DNA of 64,000 nucleotides from an uncultured Gammaproteobacteria bacterium (GTDB lineage Bacteria; Pseudomonadota; Gammaproteobacteria; JBGSLN01): NCBI GenBank assembly GCA_963695245.1, contig OY968770.1, positions 1,126,238 to 1,190,237 of the forward strand, read 5' to 3'. Shown piece by piece: positions 28,273 to 38,507 of this stretch (position 1 is its first letter; each line of letters starts with the position of its first letter). The notes under the pieces were generated by a model. It saw only the letters and a program-made list of their open reading frames with translations, ran no database searches and was not told where the DNA came from. The position numbers and the translations under genes were made by a program.

Positions 28273-29100
28273 ATGCCCCAGTCAACCACCACACTCACAA
28301 AGTATTTCAATTTATCAGATAAAGTTCAAAAAATATGTGAGAAATTCATGCATAATATGCATCTAACCCATTTTGGATATATTGAAATGTATGCCGATGG
28401 CAGTTTTAGAGAGCTTGAAAATAAAAAAGAAAATTTTTCTCTATTATTACAGGATAATATTCCAGAAGACTGTTCCTTAAAAATTCTGGAAAGCCGAGAA
28501 GAATTTGGTTTTTATTTATCGGATCTTTATGGTGATAATTTTTTTCCTAAGCCGCTTAAAGATATTCATGAAAAACAACATGAAGATCATTTTATGCAGA
28601 TTTTAGAGATGGATAGAACAGCAGGTCAGCCTGTGATTCGTTATTATACTTATGGCGCAGATAAAGCCAATCAAAATATCAACCAAGATTATATCAATCA
28701 ACAAACAAGCTTTATGAAATTTAATTTATATTTCAGAAAACAGGCTCAGCAATTATTTGAAACAATAGAGCCTGTGCAGATTTCCAAAGATTCAAGCGAG
28801 CGTTTTAAAAAACTGGTGCAAATAAAAGCCTCAGAGCATCAAAAAAAACAAGCCATGAAAGTTTTAGACACTTTTGCCATGCGAACAGCTCATTTAAAAC
28901 TTTCCAAACGACAAAATGAAGTACTCAGCCTTTATATAAGAAATTTTTCCGCCCGAGATATTGGTACAAGCCTGGATATATCTCATCGCACTGTAGAACG
29001 ACATATCGCGTCCTTATATCAAATTTTTAACTGTCATAGCCGGTTGGCTCTGATTCAAAGAATAAAAGAAATTGAGCATTATATTACAGTGAACCCTTAA
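28273..29100 (+). CDS. LuxR-type HTH transcriptional regulator with an uncharacterised N-terminal domain (paralog 2)
   Basis: C-terminal LSKRQNEVLSLYIRNFSARDIGTSLDISHRTVERHIASLYQIF; N-terminal domain paralogous to the 27199 ORF. Confidence 0.6.
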   Translation: MPQSTTTLTKYFNLSDKVQKICEKFMHNMHLTHFGYIEMYADGSFRELENKKENFSLLLQDNIPEDCSLKILESREEFGFYLSDLYGDNFFPKPLKDIHEKQHEDHFMQILEMDRTAGQPVIRYYTYGADKANQNINQDYINQQTSFMKFNLYFRKQAQQLFETIEPVQISKDSSERFKKLVQIKASEHQKKQAMKVLDTFAMRTAHLKLSKRQNEVLSLYIRNFSARDIGTSLDISHRTVERHIASLYQIFNCHSRLALIQRIKEIEHYITVNP

Positions 29101-29194
29101 AACCAAAAAAATTCATCAAAAAATAAAAACAATTCATTATATTTATCAATAAGCCCCTGTTATAGTCGAAAAAATTTAATTTTCTATCTCCACA

Positions 29195-30610
29195 ATGAAT
29201 ATATCTCATTCAAAAGTATCCGCTGCTGGTATCAGCGTTTTTAGTTTAGCGATGCTGATTACTGGCTCCATTGACAGTATTCGCAATTTACCTACCACTG
29301 CATTGTTCGGTACCACTTTGGTGGTTTTTTTTATTTTTTCTGCTTTAGTTTTTTTGATTCCGGCGGGGTTGGTTTCTGCAGAGTTGGCCGCTACCTGGGA
29401 TCGTAAAAGTGGTGTTTATCAGTGGGTCAAATTGGCTTTTGGTACTCGTTTTGCTTTTTTTGCAGTATGGCTGCAGTGGATTAACACTTTGGTTTGGTAT
29501 CCTACCATTTTGTCTTTTATAGCAGGTACAGCAACCTACCTTATAAATCCGGCGCTTGCAGATAATAAGGTATATTTAGTGAGTGTTATTTTATCGACTT
29601 TTTGGTGTCTTACCTTTATTAATTTAAAAGGCTTAAAAACTTCAGCAAGATTTGCTACTGTTTGTGCGGTGCTTGGTATGATAACTCCCATGGTATTGAT
29701 TATCGGCCTGTTTTTTGTTTGGCTTATTATGGGAAAACCTTTACAGATTCATTTTACCCTGCAAAATATTTTTCCACGCCTTGATCATTTTCAGGGCTGG
29801 ATTTCTTTAACTGCTATTATGACAGCTTTTTTAGGTATGGAACTGGCTGCGGTGCATGTGAATCACGTGGAAAATCCTAAAAAAACTTTTCCAAAAGCTT
29901 TATTGATTTCTGTCATTATTATTTTAACGACCATGATTATGGGGGCGCTTGCTATTGCCTATGTGGTACCCAAAAATAGTATCAATTTAGTAGATGGCAT
30001 TATGCAGGCTTTTCAGGCTTATTTATCAGCTTTTCACTTGAGCTTTATCATGCCAGTGTTAACGGTATTATTGCTGTTGGGCAGCCTTGGGGGCATGATT
30101 AACTGGATTATTTCCCCTGCAAAAGGACTGCTGCATGCTGCAGAAGATGGATATTTACCAAAGTTTCTGCAAAAAAGAAATACCCATGATGTGGCTAAAA
30201 ATTTACTATTGCTACAGGCAGTGATTGTAACGATAACCTGTTTAGCCTTTGTATTGATGCCCAGTGTGAACGGTTCTTACTGGTTGCTGACAGATTTAAG
30301 TACGCAACTTTATATGTTTATGTATGTCATTTTATTTATTACAGCTATTGTATTAAAGTTTAAAATTAAAAATATAAAAACGGCTTTCACAGTACCGGGT
30401 GGCAAATTTGGTATGACTCTTATTGGCTTGGCTGGTGTGTTTGGGTCTTTGGTAACCATCGTGGTTGGGTTTTTTCCACCGGATAATATCAATGTGGGTT
30501 CAGCCTGGCATTATGAAATGAGTTTCATCGGTGGATTGCTGGTGATGATATTACCTGTGTTTATTTTGATGAAAGCCTGCGCTAAAACCTCTGCAGATGC
30601 TCCTTCATAG
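29195..30610 (+). CDS. APC-superfamily amino-acid permease (glutamate/GABA antiporter-like)
   Basis: 471 aa, 12 predicted TMs, AELAATWDRKSGVYQWVKLAFG motif; paralog of the 62079 ORF. Confidence 0.75.
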   Translation: MNISHSKVSAAGISVFSLAMLITGSIDSIRNLPTTALFGTTLVVFFIFSALVFLIPAGLVSAELAATWDRKSGVYQWVKLAFGTRFAFFAVWLQWINTLVWYPTILSFIAGTATYLINPALADNKVYLVSVILSTFWCLTFINLKGLKTSARFATVCAVLGMITPMVLIIGLFFVWLIMGKPLQIHFTLQNIFPRLDHFQGWISLTAIMTAFLGMELAAVHVNHVENPKKTFPKALLISVIIILTTMIMGALAIAYVVPKNSINLVDGIMQAFQAYLSAFHLSFIMPVLTVLLLLGSLGGMINWIISPAKGLLHAAEDGYLPKFLQKRNTHDVAKNLLLLQAVIVTITCLAFVLMPSVNGSYWLLTDLSTQLYMFMYVILFITAIVLKFKIKNIKTAFTVPGGKFGMTLIGLAGVFGSLVTIVVGFFPPDNINVGSAWHYEMSFIGGLLVMILPVFILMKACAKTSADAPS

Positions 30611-30616
30611 CTTCAT

Positions 30617-30723
30617 ATGTAGGTTGGGCTGACAAAGGGAGCCCAACAGAATATTCATTTAATTACAGCCTGGTTTAATTGCCACAGCCTGTTGGGCTTC
30701 TTTGTCAGCCCAACCTACATTGA
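30617..30723. repeat. MITE/REP-like palindromic element, copy 5 (arm variant GACAAAGGGAGCCC)
   Basis: ATGTAGGTTGGGCTGACAAAGGGAGCCCAACAG ... CTGTTGGGCTTCTTTGTCAGCCCAACCTACATTGA. Confidence 0.85.
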
Positions 30724-30729
30724 TTGTGC

Positions 30730-33700
30730 TTAAGTATGGGTTTGCTGCTTAGGTGACAGATTGGAAGCAATTGCTTTAGGCAGACTAAAAGAATTTAAAA
30801 TGCCGGGTATAAAAGGATTTATGGGACTTTCGGTAGTCATCTTATAACGTGCCTCATTGCCATCTACATCAAAAGTGACCACATAGTTTTTGGTATTTCC
30901 ATCTTCGTGTATATAACTTTCATCCAGCAAATGAAACCAACCCCAGGGCCCCTGTAGATTGGTTTTAGCGTTTTGACCATTCACGTTTTGAAAGCTTAAA
31001 GTTGTGGTATTATTATTGCTGTTACCTGGCCAGACAAAGGTATTCACATTGCGACTGCCCTGCTGATCATTGAGGCTTTGCCCATTGATATTTAATTGAA
31101 ACGATTTCACAATGGGCATTAAAGCTATCTGCTGTAAAGTAAACTGTACATGTAATGAGGATGAACTGTCAGGAAAAAACATGGCCTCGATGATACGGGC
31201 CTTTTCAAGACTTTGTAACATTTGAGGACTTAAAGGCATTTGAATGTCGGCGACATGCTTAATTTGCCAGTCTGGAGAACTTGAATCAATAAAACTTGCC
31301 AGATAGCGATTAAAAAATTTATTTAAAATACCCTGAGGTGCAAAAAATTGGGTAAAGCTTTCAAGCTTTATAGAAGTTGCACTTTTTGAGCTTAAAGGAT
31401 AACGATTGGCAAGCTGTTGCTCATAAAAACCATATACATCCTGTTGCCATTTTTTCTGAATATAGTGTGAAGCCGCCTGAGCCAGTAAAGTTTTAGTTTT
31501 ATGTGTTAACTCGCTAAACAATAAATTTAGCGGCGCTTTAAAATCTTTTTTAGCATTTGCAAATTCAGATAGTGGGCTTTGAGAAAGATTTTGAGTGTTT
31601 TGAAAAAGCGTTTTGACAGCATGAAAGGCTGCTTTATCTGTTTGATGATGGCTGGCAATACTTTGCAGATACTCAGCAAAAGTTCCAATGCTTGATTGTA
31701 AATCAGCTTCGTCTAGTTGTTGCAAATAAGCAAAATGCTGTCCTACTTCACTCTGAAAAGTGTTTCTCAAGGTACTGATTTGTGCATTGTGGCTACCTGC
31801 AGGAAAAATAGCGTTGGGATTGGTATTTTTTGCAATGATCTGCAAAGCGGCAACCAGTCCTGAATTGTTGTCAGCCAACTGCTGAGTTAACTGGTTTAAA
31901 GCCTGAAGGTTTTGAATCTTAGGAAGCTGCAATCCATTTTCTGCATGTTGCCACCACTGGGCATAATTTCTTAAATAAAGTTGTAAGGTCTGTTCTTTTA
32001 TATTCTGCAGATTTAAAGATTTTGGCAGTTGTCCTAACAGCCAGTTAGGTTTTGCCGCTAATCTTACGGCTTCAGGCAAGTTATTTAAAAATACAGTTTG
32101 CATCCCCTGGGCGGTAAATAAAAAAGGAATTTGTATCTTTGAACCCATCAGATGGATACTCAACATGGGTTGACTGGCGAACTGAGCGGCATCTTGTAGA
32201 GATAAAAAAGCGACATATTGAGGCGGTAAGCCTTTCAAAGTATTTCGAGCGGTACTAATCAGCTGCTGATTGTTTGTTAGAACTGCTTTACCCTGTTGTA
32301 GGGTTTGGATAATTACTTTGGCAGAGTCTTCATTGATAATGCCGTCCATTGAAGGATCATTTTGCAAAAATCCAAAGAGCCAGCCAGCATTTAAATGGGT
32401 GGGTTCGGTTAACATGAGATAAGCCTTCAGTTCAGAAAAAGTTTCTAAGGGCGATAAATTATTCTGACTCAAAGTATTTTGAAAAGCTGTATTTAATTGT
32501 GCTGTCAATTGTGGCGATAGCGATTGGGTTTTAGCTGTATAAGTACTAACGGCAGGCTTATCCACAGGATAATTTTCAACTTTTGGGGAACCGGTTAACC
32601 AGAAAGTACCAGCCTGATTAATTTGCTGGTTAATGGCTCCTAATGCTGCATGACGGGCATTGGGGTTACTGACTTTGTTTTCAATGAGTGACAGTTGATA
32701 GGTACTGTTTTCAGCCATACTTAAGGCATTCATGCTATCTACAAATCGAACCATTAAAAGAGCGGTTATGATAAAAAAAACACTCAAAGCTGAGCCATAA
32801 ATTAACCAGCGCTGTTTTTTAGGTAAAGTTGTTTTTTGTGGCTTTGCTGTTGCACAAATTGTATGACACAACTTTGCAAAAAGTTGTGCACTAAAAAAGT
32901 TTTTCTCGCAAGCGGCAGTATTGACTTTTGGTAACAGTGCCGGCAAATCAAGATTTTTGCTAAGTTTATCATTCACAAGATTAATCACACTGTCACTTTG
33001 AAGGCAACTGGTAAAATAAATACCGCTGGCTTTAATGATTCCTGATTGTACAGATTTTTCTAGCAGGGATTGAATAATCCCGGTCAATTGAGTCTGGATT
33101 TGTTCCATTTGCAGAGGAAATCGGCTGATTTGTAAACGCTTTTCACTATTATGTTCCTGGTGTAAGCGCATAATTAGCATTTGGTTAAGTTGTAACACCA
33201 AATTTTCATAATAATGTTTAAACTGTTTGGAAATAGGGCCTTGGGAAATCTCAGCACTAAAATCCGTGCCCATCACAGCATCTCTTTCAGATTGGGTCAA
33301 ATGATCAAAAAACTGTGTAAAGCCTTCGATAGTGTCCCATTTGGAGAAAATAACCTTTACAGATAATACTTCTCCATAGTGATTGTTAATATCTTTAAAC
33401 CGTTGTTTTAACAGGTGCAGTTGCAGGCTCAGATTTTGTTGAGAGGAACTTAGCAGGCTTGATAAATCCAGAACCAAAATAATTCCTTTTAAGGGAATGA
33501 CTCGAAAATATTTTACCAGCCCATTCAATAAAGTAAGCCAGGGTGTTTTGCGCTCCCCACTGACATCGCTGTTAGCATATTCACCGGGGGTATCAATCAA
33601 CAGATAATTATCATGACGATGCCATAAAACATTTTTAGTATCATTTAAAAACGCTTCATGAGATTGTGTCTCAAGTAGTGCATCGGGTTTTGCGATATCT

Positions 33701-34203
33701 TCTTTTGTTGGAAAAGTTTCAAAAGGCGTATCTGAGTTTTGAATTAAAGTGGTTTTTCCTGCTTTGCAGTGACCTAAAACTAAAAATGAATTTAAAGGTT
33801 GGAAATTGTGCTGTGTTTTACAGTTTTGAACAAAGTCTTTTATTTGACACTCTAAAATTTGGTTACTTTCAGAAAAAACATCCTCACTTGTATCTGTTTC
33901 TTTGGGTTGAGTGGCTTTTTTAACTTTGTTAGACAACGTGTAGCTTTTAATTTTTTCCATGCAGAGTTTTATCATGTCAACGATGAAATGGTCGGATGGG
34001 TTCTGTGATGATTTTTCTAACGGGTGGCTGGATTTAAACATAATGATAATCAGCCATAAAATCGTTACAGCACTGACGCTCAGCAGCTTATCAACGGTTG
34101 TTGGGAGTAGCGCCACACCATTAATGGCAATCATTGGAATGATGAACCAGATAATTAAAATAAGTGTGAATAAAGCTAATAATTGGAAAGCCTGCTTTTG
34201 CAT
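30730..34203 (-). CDS. icmF: IcmF (TssM-like) membrane ATPase of the Dot/Icm system
   Basis: 1157 aa, N-terminal TMs followed by Walker A LVLGHCKAGKTTL; lies directly upstream of the DotU-like gene. Confidence 0.8.
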   Translation of the reverse strand: MQKQAFQLLALFTLILIIWFIIPMIAINGVALLPTTVDKLLSVSAVTILWLIIIMFKSSHPLEKSSQNPSDHFIVDMIKLCMEKIKSYTLSNKVKKATQPKETDTSEDVFSESNQILECQIKDFVQNCKTQHNFQPLNSFLVLGHCKAGKTTLIQNSDTPFETFPTKEDIAKPDALLETQSHEAFLNDTKNVLWHRHDNYLLIDTPGEYANSDVSGERKTPWLTLLNGLVKYFRVIPLKGIILVLDLSSLLSSSQQNLSLQLHLLKQRFKDINNHYGEVLSVKVIFSKWDTIEGFTQFFDHLTQSERDAVMGTDFSAEISQGPISKQFKHYYENLVLQLNQMLIMRLHQEHNSEKRLQISRFPLQMEQIQTQLTGIIQSLLEKSVQSGIIKASGIYFTSCLQSDSVINLVNDKLSKNLDLPALLPKVNTAACEKNFFSAQLFAKLCHTICATAKPQKTTLPKKQRWLIYGSALSVFFIITALLMVRFVDSMNALSMAENSTYQLSLIENKVSNPNARHAALGAINQQINQAGTFWLTGSPKVENYPVDKPAVSTYTAKTQSLSPQLTAQLNTAFQNTLSQNNLSPLETFSELKAYLMLTEPTHLNAGWLFGFLQNDPSMDGIINEDSAKVIIQTLQQGKAVLTNNQQLISTARNTLKGLPPQYVAFLSLQDAAQFASQPMLSIHLMGSKIQIPFLFTAQGMQTVFLNNLPEAVRLAAKPNWLLGQLPKSLNLQNIKEQTLQLYLRNYAQWWQHAENGLQLPKIQNLQALNQLTQQLADNNSGLVAALQIIAKNTNPNAIFPAGSHNAQISTLRNTFQSEVGQHFAYLQQLDEADLQSSIGTFAEYLQSIASHHQTDKAAFHAVKTLFQNTQNLSQSPLSEFANAKKDFKAPLNLLFSELTHKTKTLLAQAASHYIQKKWQQDVYGFYEQQLANRYPLSSKSATSIKLESFTQFFAPQGILNKFFNRYLASFIDSSSPDWQIKHVADIQMPLSPQMLQSLEKARIIEAMFFPDSSSSLHVQFTLQQIALMPIVKSFQLNINGQSLNDQQGSRNVNTFVWPGNSNNNTTTLSFQNVNGQNAKTNLQGPWGWFHLLDESYIHEDGNTKNYVVTFDVDGNEARYKMTTESPINPFIPGILNSFSLPKAIASNLSPKQQTHT

Positions 34204-34219
34204 GAAACTGATAACCTGA

Positions 34220-35072
34220 TTAACCTGTGTTTTGTAATTTTGAGAGCATGTTCACTTGTTGCGCCAAAGGCATACTAATTTTTTGGTACATGAACGTTAA
34301 ACTGCCATATATAAGGCTCGAGCCTAAAACAACCGCGATGAGGGCTTTCAGTATGGCTTTTTTGCAAAGGGGTTTAAGATTGTTTGCCTGTGGTTCCAAA
34401 GAGACTAACTTATCAGTATCCGCAAGGGGCAGCCTTTGGACATCGCCTCTTAAAGCCCGTATGTTTTGATATAAATGATCTGTGACTTCCGATAAGGCTT
34501 TCATACCGTTTCTATCATGTCGGTACTTACCTTCATATCCCAGACTCAAAGCTGTATAAATCAGTTCCAATAAATCAATATGGGTATCGCTTGCCATCAG
34601 TAGTCGTTCTAAAATTAAAAAGAAACGCTCATCTGCTGACTGCTCTTTTTGGAATGCATTAATGAGTTTATAGCGCTGCCAGACACTGCGTTTTTTGATT
34701 TTGCCGTAAATGATGGACTCATCCAGCATGGCACAAAGAACATAGCGAGCTATGATAATGGCTTCCGTCGAATAGCCTCGTTCTTTGGCATTGGATTCAA
34801 AGGCGCGAATTTCATGAACCAAATCTGTATGCAGTTGCTCAAGACTTGTCAGGCTGAGTCAGTGATTTAATATATTCATTTAAAGCAAGCAGTGGGTTGG
34901 CCGCTGCCAACAGTGGATTGGCTGCCTGACGACTGACGAAGGTACGCGGGCGAAAATGCGAGCGAGAGCCTACAATCGGCGTGTGATTAATCACACCCGA
35001 AGGTGACTCATTGGCGGCTACCGTTTCGGTAAAGCTATGCAGGCTTTTGCCTGGGATCATCGTCTCGCTCAT
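34220..35072 (-). pseudogene. icmH: IcmH/DotU (TssL-like), split by a +1 frameshift into ORFs 34839..35072 (N-terminus) and 34220..34822
   Basis: The N-terminal ORF carries the DotU motif NPLLAAANPLLAL. The C-terminal ORF (TTG start) carries EIRAFE...ARYVLCAMLDE plus a C-terminal TM. Deleting one base at 34844 (AAGACTT back to AAGCTT) fuses them. Confidence 0.7.
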
Positions 35073-35276
35073 GGGCTTATTGTAAACATTATTCAGTAAA
35101 AAGTCGCGATTTTTGTTTTAGGAGTTTTTGGTACTATGAATATAAGCATTAGACACGCTAAAAATTGATTCTTGCTTATCGTAACCAAAGGGGGTATGAT
35201 TCTCAATTCGATTTTAACGCGAATAAGCATTCATATTTGGAACAGATATGGGCTTATTGTGAATGAGGTATTTATC

Positions 35277-35492
35277 ATGCAACAAGGTATACATCCTGAG
35301 TATAAAGCAATCAAAGCCAGCTGCACCTGCGGTAATGTTATCGAAACCCGATCCACGGTATGTCGAGACATTTCCTTAGACGTATGCTCTGCCTGCCATC
35401 CTTTTTACACGGGTCAACAGAAAATCGTAGACACCGCGGGACGTGTGGATAGATTCAACAAGCGCTTCAAGCGCAGCAAAAAGGCCAGCTAA
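35277..35492 (+). CDS. rpmE: 50S ribosomal protein L31
   Basis: [27 protein letters not shown]...[16 protein letters not shown]-track start 35172 is probably too far upstream. Confidence 0.85.
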   Translation: MQQGIHPEYKAIKASCTCGNVIETRSTVCRDISLDVCSACHPFYTGQQKIVDTAGRVDRFNKRFKRSKKAS

Positions 35493-35541
35493 TATCTCGG
35501 CCTTACGCCCAAATAACTATACTAATAAATGTTGTACGCTT

Positions 35542-35568
35542 CACCCGACTTAGTTCGGGTGTTTTTTT
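35542..35568 (+). terminator. Rho-independent terminator of rpmE
   Basis: CACCCGA-cttagt-TCGGGTG followed by TTTTTTT. Confidence 0.6.
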
Positions 35569-35673
35569 ATGTAGGTTGGGCTGACAAAGGAAGCCCAACA
35601 GGGTATTCATTTAATTACGGCCTTATTTAGTTGCCACGACTGTTGGGCTTCCTTCGTCAGCCCAACCTACATT
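35569..35673. repeat. MITE/REP-like palindromic element, copy 6
   Basis: ATGTAGGTTGGGCTGACAAAGGAAGCCCAACAG ... GTTGGGCTTCCTTCGTCAGCCCAACCTACAT. Confidence 0.9.
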
Positions 35674-35696
35674 TATTTTGCTTGAAATTCGAAGTT

Positions 35697-37226
35697 TTAA
35701 GAAGTTTGCGGTGGTAAAATCGCCACACCAATCGTTAAAGGTTCTACTTTTTGTTTTGTCAGCATGTTAAATGTTACCAGTTTTAAGTCCTTAACCCTTG
35801 GAAAGCGCTGCAAAATAGCTGCAGGTAAATGAGGGGTTGATTGACCATCGGCCCACCAGACGAACATGGCACCTGCTTTTCTTAATTTGGCTTCATCAAT
35901 CCAGGCACTGTGTATTTTACTCCAACTATAATAAGGTGTTGGGTGGTTAGGCATATAGGCTGTCATAAAAGCCGTCAGATAACGGCTGCCAGCCACATAT
36001 TGCAAAGGCTTATGAAAATGTGTTTGCCAGTCTTTCTTCACATAAGTTGCTACCTGTTTCATAGGATACAATGGCTTACCTGCTTTATGGGTGAAGTAAG
36101 GTCCGATATTCATGAAAGTATAGCGTCCAACAATCAACCCAAAGGAAATCACAATAACGAAAATCATTAAAAGTTTAAAAGCCTTAAGACTCACCTGAGG
36201 TCTTAAAAAATAAATCAGCGTGATGCCAGAAAGGGTGAAAAAAGGAAAAGCCCAGCCGGAGTGCATATCAACCCCAAACAATAGTGAAATCACAAGGGCG
36301 ATGATAAAAGGACCTGAAAATAGACAGATTAAAAACTGTTCTTTAAAATAATCCCTGTCTTGCTTATAGATTCTTTTACAAAATAACAAAGGATATGCCA
36401 CCACAAATAACAGTAGCAAACGTAATAGCTCATCTGCTAAAAAGCGTAAAGGATGAAGAAAGTGATTTAAAGTCGGATGATGCTGATAATTACCAAAAGT
36501 CCCCCGTCCCAGGGCATAACTTACCGAAATAAAATCATGTCGAATAAGCCAGAGCGTATTGGGCAATATCACAATCAAGAAACTCAGAAGCCCGATATAA
36601 AGTGCAGGTTTTTTGAAATAACCTCGGGTATGTTCGTTGTAGATAAGGAAAAACAACATGGAAATCAGTAACAACAAAGTCGTGTACTTAGACATCATCG
36701 CCAATCCACAGGCAATACCAGTTAAAATCCAGTTAAATGTATTGCCTTTAACACAGGCATGATAAAAGGCTAAAATTGCTAAAGCCCAGGTGGCAAGGGT
36801 TAGAATATCCGGATCAATTTTGTTTGAAGCTAAAGTGTAAAAATCCAGTCCTGACATGACCAGAATGGCTAACAATGCCTGCAAAGGCGAAAGCATTTTT
36901 TTTGCTAACTGGTAAATTGCCACAAAAGCGATTAATACACAAAGCTGGCTGGCGATGTAATTACCAATACCCACACCACCAAAATAATTTGAAAAAAAGC
37001 TGGTCATCCATGGCGCAATAAAAGGATGCTTATCATATCCCCATTGAAATTGATTTCCCCAGGCGTAACCTTCGGCAGAATCAAAAGGAATGGTAGGGCG
37101 AAAAAAGATAGGAGCAATCGCCCATAAAATCGTATGGATGAGTGCATAACCCCAAAACCATTTATCAGGATGGATTTTAACAGGAGTAGAATCTTGGATC
37201 TGATAGCGAGTAAATATATTCAACAT
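35697..37226 (-). CDS. Polytopic membrane glycosyltransferase (GT39/GT83, ArnT/PMT-like); real start probably ATG at 37226
   Basis: About 12 TMs, ArnT-like architecture. The first 18 codons of ORF 35697..37280 lie inside MITE copy 7 and are probably a caller artefact. Confidence 0.45.
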   Translation of the reverse strand: MLNIFTRYQIQDSTPVKIHPDKWFWGYALIHTILWAIAPIFFRPTIPFDSAEGYAWGNQFQWGYDKHPFIAPWMTSFFSNYFGGVGIGNYIASQLCVLIAFVAIYQLAKKMLSPLQALLAILVMSGLDFYTLASNKIDPDILTLATWALAILAFYHACVKGNTFNWILTGIACGLAMMSKYTTLLLLISMLFFLIYNEHTRGYFKKPALYIGLLSFLIVILPNTLWLIRHDFISVSYALGRGTFGNYQHHPTLNHFLHPLRFLADELLRLLLLFVVAYPLLFCKRIYKQDRDYFKEQFLICLFSGPFIIALVISLLFGVDMHSGWAFPFFTLSGITLIYFLRPQVSLKAFKLLMIFVIVISFGLIVGRYTFMNIGPYFTHKAGKPLYPMKQVATYVKKDWQTHFHKPLQYVAGSRYLTAFMTAYMPNHPTPYYSWSKIHSAWIDEAKLRKAGAMFVWWADGQSTPHLPAAILQRFPRVKDLKLVTFNMLTKQKVEPLTIGVAILPPQTS

Positions 37227-37238
37227 AACAAAAAATAA

Positions 37239-37343
37239 ATGTAGGTTGGGCTGACGAAGGAAGCCCAACAGGGTATTCATTTAATTACGGCCTTATTTAA
37301 TTGCCATGGCCTTGTTGAGCATCCTTCATCAGCCCAACATTGA
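37239..37343. repeat. MITE/REP-like palindromic element, copy 7 (degenerate right end)
   Basis: Intact left arm ATGTAGGTTGGGCTGACGAAGGAAGCCCAACAG; decayed right arm GCCTTGTTGAGCATCCTTCATCAGCCCAACATTGA. Confidence 0.8.
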
Positions 37344-37469
37344 GGTATAATTCTTAAATAAATCTGAAAACAGATAATAACAAGTTTTATTTAAAACTCC
37401 CATGACTATTGATAAAAAACTGAATTCAGGTAATCTTAAGCACTTAAACTTTTCGACAGTGAGGGCAAA

Positions 37470-38489
37470 ATGAAAGCAGAGCTTCAAAATACCATCAACA
37501 AAATGGCAGAATCTGGACGTGGAATTCTGGCGGCAGATGAAAGCACGAATACCATTAAGAAACGCTTTGAAACCATCAATTTAGAATCAACCGAAGAGAA
37601 CCGAAGAGCCTATCGGGAAATGCTATTTACCACCCCTGGCCTGGGTGAATTTATTTCTGGTGTTATTTTATACGAAGAAACCCTTGGCCAAAGCACTAAA
37701 GATGGCACGTCTTTTGCTAAGTTGCTTGAATCTGAAAATATGATTCCTGGTATTAAAGTGGATAAAGGCTTGATTCCTCTAGTCAATAGTCGTTCTGAAA
37801 AAACTACCCAGGGCTTGGATGGATTACCCGAAAGATTATCTGTTTATAAAGATCAAGGTGCCAGATTTGCGAAATGGCGAACGGTTTTTGACATAGATGC
37901 CATGCGACCGTCTATGATGGCAACCTTAGTGAATGCTGAATGTCTGGCTCGTTATGCGGCTATTTGCCAGAGTCAGGGCATTGTACCTATTGTAGAACCA
38001 GAACTTTTAATGGATGGAGAACATTCCATTGAGCGATGTGAAGAAGCTTCTTTAAGAGTATTTAATGCTGTTTTTCGTGCTTTAAGATTACATAAAGTGA
38101 CCCTTGAACACATGGTGCTAAAACCCAGTATGGTTATCAGTGGAAAAGCCTGCGCCACTCAGGCAGATGTAGACACCGTTGCTCAAATGACAGTGCAGAC
38201 CCTGTTACGAACAGTTCCTGCTGCTGTACCGAGTATTAATTTCTTATCAGGTGGACAAAGTGCCGAAGATGCCACTGCGCATTTAAACGCTATGCATCAG
38301 CAATCTCCAAACCTACCCTGGAATTTAAGTTACTCTTACGGCAGAGCATTACAAGAGCCTGCCATAAGCACTTGGAAAGGAGAAGAAGCTAATGTAAAAG
38401 CTGCTCAGCAGGCACTTTACAAAAGAGCAAAACTCAATTCGAAAGCAGCTAGAGGTGAATATTCTCTTAACCTTGAGAAAGCAGCCTAA
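37470..38489 (+). CDS. fba: Fructose-bisphosphate aldolase, class I
   Basis: GRGILAADESTNTIKKRFE N-terminus, Schiff-base lysine region, 339 aa. Confidence 0.85.
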   Translation: MKAELQNTINKMAESGRGILAADESTNTIKKRFETINLESTEENRRAYREMLFTTPGLGEFISGVILYEETLGQSTKDGTSFAKLLESENMIPGIKVDKGLIPLVNSRSEKTTQGLDGLPERLSVYKDQGARFAKWRTVFDIDAMRPSMMATLVNAECLARYAAICQSQGIVPIVEPELLMDGEHSIERCEEASLRVFNAVFRALRLHKVTLEHMVLKPSMVISGKACATQADVDTVAQMTVQTLLRTVPAAVPSINFLSGGQSAEDATAHLNAMHQQSPNLPWNLSYSYGRALQEPAISTWKGEEANVKAAQQALYKRAKLNSKAARGEYSLNLEKAA

Positions 38490-38507
38490 GATACATTTTT
38501 ATAATAT

